A stretch of DNA of 32,000 nucleotides from assembly GCF_000009045.1 (NCBI RefSeq), contig NC_000964.3, positions 3,690,001 to 3,722,000 on the forward strand, in the 5' to 3' direction. Source of the DNA: Bacillus subtilis subsp. subtilis str. 168. Lineage in GTDB: Bacteria > Bacillota > Bacilli > Bacillales > Bacillaceae. Numbering within the stretch: the stretch's first letter is position 1; every line of letters starts with the position of its first letter. The translations under genes were made by a program, and so were the position numbers. The notes under the pieces were generated by a model. That model was not told the origin of the DNA. It did no database searches and was given only the letters and a program-made list of their open reading frames with translations. Positions 27,238-32,000 of this stretch are shown one piece after another.

Positions 27238-27825
27238 TTGGGCCACTATTCCCATTCTGACATCGAAGAAGCGGTGAAATCCGCAAAAAAAGAAGGTTTA
27301 AAGGATTATTTATACCAAGAGCCTCATGGAAAAAAACGCAGTCATAAAAAGTCGCACCGCACTCACAAAAAATCTCGCAGCCATAAAAAATCATACTGCT
27401 CTCACAAAAAATCTCGCAGTCACAAAAAATCATTCTGTTCTCACAAAAAATCTCGCAGCCACAAAAAATCATACTGCTCTCACAAGAAATCTCGCAGCCA
27501 CAAAAAATCGTACCGTTCTCACAAAAAATCTCGCAGCTATAAAAAATCTTACCGTTCTTACAAAAAATCTCGTAGCTATAAAAAATCTTGCCGTTCTTAC
27601 AAAAAATCTCGCAGCTACAAAAAGTCTTACTGTTCTCACAAGAAAAAATCTCGCAGCTATAAGAAGTCATGCCGCACACACAAAAAATCTTATCGTTCCC
27701 ATAAGAAATACTACAAAAAACCGCACCACCACTGCGACGACTACAAAAGACACGATGATTATGACAGCAAAAAAGAATACTGGAAAGACGGCAATTGCTG
27801 GGTAGTCAAAAAGAAATACAAATAA
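27238..27825 (+). CDS. cotG: Spore coat protein G (Lys/Ser/Arg-rich tandem-repeat protein)
   Basis: TTG 27238 is preceded by AAAAGGAGGA and gives 195 aa. The central part alternates [H/Y]KKSRS and [H/Y]KKS[Y/F/C][C/R]S, forming a 13-aa unit. Confidence 0.95.
   Translation: MGHYSHSDIEEAVKSAKKEGLKDYLYQEPHGKKRSHKKSHRTHKKSRSHKKSYCSHKKSRSHKKSFCSHKKSRSHKKSYCSHKKSRSHKKSYRSHKKSRSYKKSYRSYKKSRSYKKSCRSYKKSRSYKKSYCSHKKKSRSYKKSCRTHKKSYRSHKKYYKKPHHHCDDYKRHDDYDSKKEYWKDGNCWVVKKKYK
27364..27699. repeat. 39-bp in-frame tandem repeat array in cotG (about 8.5 units)
   Basis: Units start at 27364, 27403, 27442, 27481, 27520, 27559, 27598 and 27637. The consensus is CACAAAAAATCTCGCAGCCACAAAAAATCATACTGCTCT. One unit is 42 bp. 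Confidence 0.92.
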
Positions 27826-27844
27826 TCTAAGTTTTCATTGTTTC

Positions 27845-27883
27845 AATAGGCTGCCGGCGGAGGTACGGAAGCCTATTTTTTTA
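27845..27883 (+). terminator. Intrinsic terminator after cotG (T-run only on the plus strand)
   Basis: ATAGGCT..CCG (27846-27856) pairs with CGG..AGCCTAT (27866-27876), followed by TTTTTTT. On the minus strand the hairpin is followed by TGAAAC, with no U-run. Confidence 0.85.
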
Positions 27884-27913
27884 TTTGCCCTGTATTAGAT
27901 ATATGTCATGACA

Positions 27914-27940
27914 TAACATATGCAACCCGCATCATTTGGT
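27914..27940 (-). promoter_or_regulatory. Candidate SigK-type promoter for the long cotH leader
   Basis: Minus strand reads AC-CAAATGATGCGGGTTG-CATATGTTA, which fits AC-N16-CATAnnnTA. The predicted start is about 810 nt upstream of the cotH ATG. This is consistent with the reported distal cotH promoter lying beyond cotG. Confidence 0.5.
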
Positions 27941-27998
27941 TTCCTTTAAACCATTTCGTTATAATCAAGGTATCCTAACGATAAAGGCGGTTGTTGCT

Positions 27999-28616
27999 AT
28001 GTACATATTTCAAGCTGATCAGCTTAGTGCCAAAGACACATACAAGCTATTGTCAGGTACCGTTATTCCCCGCCCCATTGCATTTGTGACAACACTTTCT
28101 TCAGGAGGAGCGGTAAATGCCGCGCCTTTCAGTTTTTATAACGTCGTCAGCTCAGATCCTCCGCTTCTCAGTATTTCTGTTAACAGGACGGAAGGACGCC
28201 AAAAAGATACAGCACGAAACGCAGTGGAGAACGGAGAATTTGTCGTTCATGTCAGTGATGAAGCCATCATTGAAGATATCAATGAAACAGCTGCAAGCTT
28301 AAGGCCGGATGAAAGCGAGCTTACACGCACCTCGCTTCATCCTGTTGAAAGCAAAGCTGTTTCAGTTCCCGGCATTAAGGAAGCCCGCGTTCGCTTTGAG
28401 TGCAAATTAGAGCGGCATATTACCTTTGACAATGATCAAGGCATCACTACAGCAGATCTGCTCATCGGAAGAGTTGTCTGCTTCCACCTAGATGAAAAGG
28501 TGTATGATGCAGAAAAGGGATATATTTTAACGGATGAATTAAAGCCTGCCTCACGATTGGCGGGAAATCACTATGCCAAGCTGGGGGAAGAATTCACACT
28601 GATTCGTCCCAGCTGA
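27999..28616 (+). CDS. ywrF: Flavin reductase-like (FMN-binding split-barrel) protein
   Basis: ATG 27999 is preceded by AAAGGCGG and gives 205 aa. The pattern RPIAFVTT...NAAPFSFYNVV is typical of flavin-reductase-like domains. Confidence 0.88.
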   Translation: MYIFQADQLSAKDTYKLLSGTVIPRPIAFVTTLSSGGAVNAAPFSFYNVVSSDPPLLSISVNRTEGRQKDTARNAVENGEFVVHVSDEAIIEDINETAASLRPDESELTRTSLHPVESKAVSVPGIKEARVRFECKLERHITFDNDQGITTADLLIGRVVCFHLDEKVYDAEKGYILTDELKPASRLAGNHYAKLGEEFTLIRPS

Positions 28617-28701
28617 AGAGAAGGACTATTTAAATAGAAGAAACTAGTCAAAAAGACCTTATGATTACAAAATATCGCCTGTAAATAACTGAAAAAATAT
28701 C

Positions 28702-28742
28702 AAAAAAAAGAACACCCAGAGCAAGCTCGGGGTGTTCTTTTA
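28702..28742 (+). terminator. Intrinsic terminator downstream of ywrF
   Basis: GAACACCC (28710-28717) pairs with GGGTGTTC (28730-28737), followed by TTTT. An A-run precedes the stem. Confidence 0.8.
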
Positions 28743-28793
28743 TGAAACGTTTTTCCTTTTTCTTCGTATAAAGGTAGATTAGGAGGAATTGGA

Positions 28794-29129
28794 ATGACAA
28801 ACTTTTGGATTTTAATGCTGATCGCTATTACCATCAGTCTCGCCTCTCAATTTTTTATAAAGAAAAAATACGGTATTGATAAATCCGGCTGGCGATATAA
28901 GCATGTCAGCAATACACACAAATGGATCGAAATCACTTTACTTATTTTGTTTGTGTTTTCACTCTCCTTTTTTCCAGTTGAATATTTGCTTCTTTTATTT
29001 TTTATTGTGATTGACTCAATACGTATTTTTATGGAGTGGCATTATAGACCTGAAGATAAACAGTATATGTACCACATTGTAGAGGTCTCCCTTATGTTTA
29101 TGCTTTTGATTTATGTTTGTACCCTATAG
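28794..29129 (+). CDS. ywrE: Small integral membrane protein of unknown function (about 3 TM)
   Basis: 111 aa. SD TAGGAGGAA upstream. Three hydrophobic segments. Confidence 0.85.
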   Translation: MTNFWILMLIAITISLASQFFIKKKYGIDKSGWRYKHVSNTHKWIEITLLILFVFSLSFFPVEYLLLLFFIVIDSIRIFMEWHYRPEDKQYMYHIVEVSLMFMLLIYVCTL

Positions 29130-29133
29130 TTAT

Positions 29134-30711
29134 TTAAATCCCCACAGCCGCTCCGTCTCCCCGAGGATCGGCTCCGCCTTGGAGAAAGCCTTCTTCATCA
29201 ACTTTGATTGCAGCCGCTTGTCCCATCAGCGGATCATAGTCACCGACAACCTCCACGAGATGCCCGCTGTCTTTCAGTTTTTGGATTGTTTTGTCTGTGA
29301 ATCTGCCCTCGACTCTGAGACCTTCGTATTCCTCTCCCCACGTTCTGCCCCATACCCAGCGCGGTTCGCTGATTGCCTGCTGTGGATGCATTCCGTAGTC
29401 CAGCATTCGGGTAATGATGGCCGTCTGGGTCTGCGGCTGGCCTTCGCCGCCTTGTGTGCCGTACAGAATTTTTGGCTTTCCGCCTTTACAGACCATAGCC
29501 GGCATCAACGTATGGAAGGTGCGCTTTCTCGGTTCAAGCGTGTTGACATGATTTTCATCCAGTGAGAAAAACGATCCGCGGTTTTGCAGTAATATGCCTG
29601 TATCACCGGCAGTGACTGCCGAGCCAAATTCAAAGTACAGGCTTTGAATGAATGACACTGCGTTGCCATCCGCATCGATTACGGCCGCATATGCCGTATC
29701 ACTTCCCACCGGCCTGCTTTCTGCCGGTATTGCGAGATAGCCGATTTCTTCTGCCAATTGTTTTGCATAACGTTTGTCCAAAAGCCTTTCAAGCGGAATG
29801 TCTGCAAACGCCGGATCAGTCAGGACGGCATCCCGATCTAGAAAACTCTTTTTCAATGCCTCCACAAGCACGTGATAATACTCAAATGAACCGTGTTCGA
29901 TTTGGGTGAAATCATAGTTTTCCAAAATGTTCAGTGTTAATAAACCGGTAAATCCCTGAGAATTCGGCGGCGCCTGATACACACTGTATCCTCGATAATC
30001 ACTTGATACAGGCGCTGCCCACTCACCCCGATGCGCTTTAAAATCATCGATTGTCATGTAACTGCCGTTATTCTGTAAATGTGAGACAATCCGCTGAGCG
30101 AGATCTCCTTCATAAAATGCGCTTCTTCCTTTTTCAGCAATCAAGTTCAGACTGTCTGCAAGCTCTTTTTGCACAAACCGCTCTCCCGGGACAGGTGCTT
30201 TGCCCCTTCTCGTGAAGATGTCAGCCGTGTAAGGCGTGGAAGCCAGCAGTTCAATATTCTTTTCTGTGTGACGACACTGATCAGCTGATACAGGAAACCC
30301 ATTTTGGGCATAATCGCGTGCGGGCTCCAATACATCTGCAAGAGACAGACGCCCGTACTCCTTCAGGACCGCATCCCAGCTATCAACCATTCCCGGCACG
30401 GTAATAGCACTGTCAATTCCCCGCAGCGGAATCGCGCTTTTTCCCTTATATACATCTCTCGTTACGTTTTTTCCTGAACGGCCGCTGCCATTGTAGACTT
30501 TTACTGCCTTTGTTTCCTGGTGAAAGGTCAGCCAAAAGGAATCCCCGCCAAGTCCGGTCATATGCGGGTACACAACCGCAAGACAAGCACTCACCGCAAC
30601 AGCGGCGTCAAACGCGTTGCCTCCCTTATCCAGTATGCGGTTTCCGGCTTGAGAAGCGAGATAATGCGGACTGACGACCATTTGCTTTGTACCGATGACA
30701 GATTTGTTCAT
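29134..30711 (-). CDS. ywrD: Gamma-glutamyltranspeptidase-family Ntn hydrolase paralogue without a signal peptide
   Basis: ATG 30711 gives 525 aa, with SD AAGGGGA 6 nt upstream. GGT-family features are GLGGDSF, the candidate nucleophile Thr in GSDTAYAAVID, and the GTQGGEGQPQ glycine pair. The N-terminus is not hydrophobic. Confidence 0.9.
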   Translation of the reverse strand: MNKSVIGTKQMVVSPHYLASQAGNRILDKGGNAFDAAVAVSACLAVVYPHMTGLGGDSFWLTFHQETKAVKVYNGSGRSGKNVTRDVYKGKSAIPLRGIDSAITVPGMVDSWDAVLKEYGRLSLADVLEPARDYAQNGFPVSADQCRHTEKNIELLASTPYTADIFTRRGKAPVPGERFVQKELADSLNLIAEKGRSAFYEGDLAQRIVSHLQNNGSYMTIDDFKAHRGEWAAPVSSDYRGYSVYQAPPNSQGFTGLLTLNILENYDFTQIEHGSFEYYHVLVEALKKSFLDRDAVLTDPAFADIPLERLLDKRYAKQLAEEIGYLAIPAESRPVGSDTAYAAVIDADGNAVSFIQSLYFEFGSAVTAGDTGILLQNRGSFFSLDENHVNTLEPRKRTFHTLMPAMVCKGGKPKILYGTQGGEGQPQTQTAIITRMLDYGMHPQQAISEPRWVWGRTWGEEYEGLRVEGRFTDKTIQKLKDSGHLVEVVGDYDPLMGQAAAIKVDEEGFLQGGADPRGDGAAVGI

Positions 30712-30863
30712 CACAAGTCCCCTTTTTTAAGAAATTTTCTTCAGTATAGGGAGCCTGATTTTTCACATCTACTGATCCGGCAGAAAAACTGACGAACTTT
30801 CTTCTTTTCGCAAATAATAAGATATTTTCGCATTCATTTCGAAAACAAATGAAAAATTATTAT

Positions 30864-30890
30864 TTCTATACGTAACTTTTATGATAAAAT
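30864..30890 (+). promoter_or_regulatory. Candidate extended -10 promoter of ywrC-ywrB
   Basis: TGaTAAAAT at 30882-30890, with a weak -35 TTTCTA at 30864-30869. The ORF-track ATG 30889 lies inside this -10 element. That supports TTG 30925 as the real start. Confidence 0.4.
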
Positions 30891-30924
30891 GATTGCTAAA
30901 AGGCTACGAAAGCAGGTGGAGCAA

Positions 30925-31401
30925 TTGAGTCATGAATATCAAATCCCCAACCTTGTACTTGATGAGACTGATAAACAAATTCTCACGATTTTGCATGAAG
31001 AAGGCAGAATTTCTTATACGGATCTTGGCAAAAGAGTCGATTTGTCACGGGTCGCCGTTCAGGCCCGTATCAACCAATTAATTGAAGCCGGTGTTATTGA
31101 AAAATTCACCGCTGTCATCAATCCCGCTAAAATCGGCATCCATGTTTCCGTGTTTTTCAATGTCGAGGTAGAACCGCAATTTTTAGAAGAGGTCGCTCTT
31201 AAGCTTGAGGAAGAGCCTGCGGTCACCAGCCTTTATCACATGACAGGCCCGAGCAAGCTGCATATGCATGGGATCTTTACCAACGATCAAGAAATGGAAG
31301 AATTCTTAACAAAACGGCTGTATCCATTGCGAGGCGTCGTCAGTGTTGATTGCCAGATGCTGATCAAACGATACAAAAGCCGTATGGGAATGAAGCTGTA
31401 A
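30925..31401 (+). CDS. ywrC: Lrp/AsnC-family transcriptional regulator (reported regulator of the downstream chromate-transporter genes)
   Basis: TTG 30925 is preceded by GGTGGAG and gives 158 aa. HTH is [25 protein letters not shown]-terminal RAM-like domain. Confidence 0.88.
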
Positions 31402-31414
31402 AGGAGAGAAACAA

Positions 31415-32000
31415 ATGAAAAACCATCCTTATCGGGATATGACGGCCGCAATGGTTCGCACCGGCATATTAGGGTTCGGCGGCGGACCTTCCGTGATTCC
31501 GCTGATCCGCCATGAAGCGGTCAATAAATATAAATGGATTGACGATGATGAATTCGGAGAAATATTAGCAATCGCTAATGCGCTTCCCGGACCGATTGCC
31601 ACCAAAATGGCTGCTTATCTGGGCTTTAAGCTAAAAGGCACATTAGGTGCAATTGTGGCGATCCTCGCCCACATTCTGCCTACATGTCTTGCGATGGTGG
31701 GCTTGTTTGCGGCTGTAAATGTGTTAAGCCATTCAGCAATTGTTGCAGGTATGATTGGTGCCGTCACGCCGGTAATTGCGGTCATGCTCGGAATCATGGC
31801 GTACGAGTTTGGCCAAAAAGCGCTTAAAGGTTTCGGCTGGGTTACCGGCATCCTGTTTTTTATCATCGCTTTTATCGGCCTGCAAACTTTACAGATTAAT
31901 CCCGGCCTGGTCATTATCATTTTCTTAGCTTACGGGGCGTTTCATTTTAAACTGAAAGACAAAATCACAAATAAACATTCAAAAGATAAAGGAATGTCAG
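31415..32000 (+). CDS. ywrB: Short-chain CHR-family chromate transporter half (N-type), truncated at the window edge
   Basis: Not in the ORF track because no stop falls in the window. ATG 31415 is preceded by AAAGGAGAG. My translation is MKNHPYRDMTAAMVRTGILGFGGGPSVIPLIRHEAV... and stays open to base 32000. Hydrophobic CHR pattern. Confidence 0.85.
   Translation, partial: MKNHPYRDMTAAMVRTGILGFGGGPSVIPLIRHEAVNKYKWIDDDEFGEILAIANALPGPIATKMAAYLGFKLKGTLGAIVAILAHILPTCLAMVGLFAAVNVLSHSAIVAGMIGAVTPVIAVMLGIMAYEFGQKALKGFGWVTGILFFIIAFIGLQTLQINPGLVIIIFLAYGAFHFKLKDKITNKHSKDKGMS

Noticed and set aside
27233-27679. 148-aa Cys-rich repetitive ORF (CEIFCENG...) antisense to cotG, which would lie on the long cotH leader RNA.
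   Set aside because: It is open only because the 39-bp cotG repeat lacks stops in that frame. It starts at a GTG with no Shine-Dalgarno, and the ATG three codons in has none either. Most likely a repeat artefact. Only ribosome profiling could revive it.
27364-27699. Regular short repeats that could be mistaken for a CRISPR array.
   Set aside because: The units are contiguous with no unique spacers. They are in-frame coding sequence for a 13-aa peptide repeat, and no cas genes are present.
27326-27805. 159-aa ORF in an alternative plus frame of cotG (KNLAAIKNHTALTKN... repeats).
   Set aside because: This is the same periodicity artefact. It has no SD and lies fully inside the well-supported cotG frame.
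29113-29565. 150-aa plus-strand ORF running from the ywrE end into ywrD antisense.
   Set aside because: It overlaps the 3' part of ywrD, which has clear GGT-family similarity. It has no SD, and its start lies inside ywrE.
31615-31920. 101-aa minus-strand ORF.
   Set aside because: It is antisense to ywrB, whose plus-strand frame has an SD, an ATG and CHR-family character.
1-32000. Search for mobile elements, prophage remnants, toxin-antitoxin pairs, defence-system hallmarks (nucleases, helicases, methyltransferases), rRNA/tRNA genes and riboswitch-like leaders.
   Set aside because: None found. Every ORF over 60 aa with translation signals is accounted for by a recognisable housekeeping, sporulation or transport gene. 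Leaders other than cotH and pgsB are short.

Overview
This window matches the well-studied Bacillus subtilis (168-like) chromosomal segment gerB - ywt - pgs - rbs - als - cot - ywr, in that order. I recognise it from the translated ORFs, not from a database search. I call 33 protein-coding genes.

Genes, left to right:
- gerBA (3' end), gerBB, gerBC: germinant receptor.
- ywtG: MFS sugar porter.
- tagT/ywtF: LCP ligase.
- ywtE: HAD phosphatase.
- pgsB-pgsC-pgsA-pgsE plus pgdS, on the minus strand: poly-gamma-glutamate synthesis and hydrolysis.
- rbsRKDACB: ribose operon, with a SigA promoter and a cre/operator palindrome.
- ywsB, ywsA, ywrO.
- alsSD with divergent alsR: acetoin locus, with a TAAT-N11-ATTA box.
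- ywrK: ArsB/NhaD-type permease.
- ywrJ-cotB, cotH, cotG: spore-coat cluster.
- ywrF, ywrE.
- ywrD: GGT paralogue.
- ywrC-ywrB: Lrp-type regulator plus a chromate-transporter half. ywrB runs off the right edge.

Two genes are missing from the ORF track: pgsE (55 aa, below the size cut-off) and ywrB (no stop codon in the window).

For at least 12 genes the longest ORF overshoots the likely start. I trimmed these using Shine-Dalgarno spacing. Several use TTG or GTG starts: rbsR, alsS, cotG, ywrC, ywrJ, pgdS.

I found no rRNA, tRNA, CRISPR array, IS element or prophage.

I see no compelling evidence for a wholly new multi-gene system. The most unusual biology is the cotH/cotG/cotB/ywrJ cluster:
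- An atypical kinase gene is flanked by two tandem-repeat substrate genes.
- cotG is nested antisense inside the long cotH leader.
- ywrJ looks like a tail-less, three-module paralogue of cotB.

Smaller observations not explained by standard annotation:
- PgdS has three NlpC/P60 modules, but only the middle one keeps the catalytic Cys-His.
- An 11-codon micro-ORF with a perfect SD sits in the 780-bp pgsB-rbsR spacer.
- The ywrK SD is stranded next to in-frame ATT codons.
- Palindromes or repeats lie upstream of ywrK, ywrF and ywrC.
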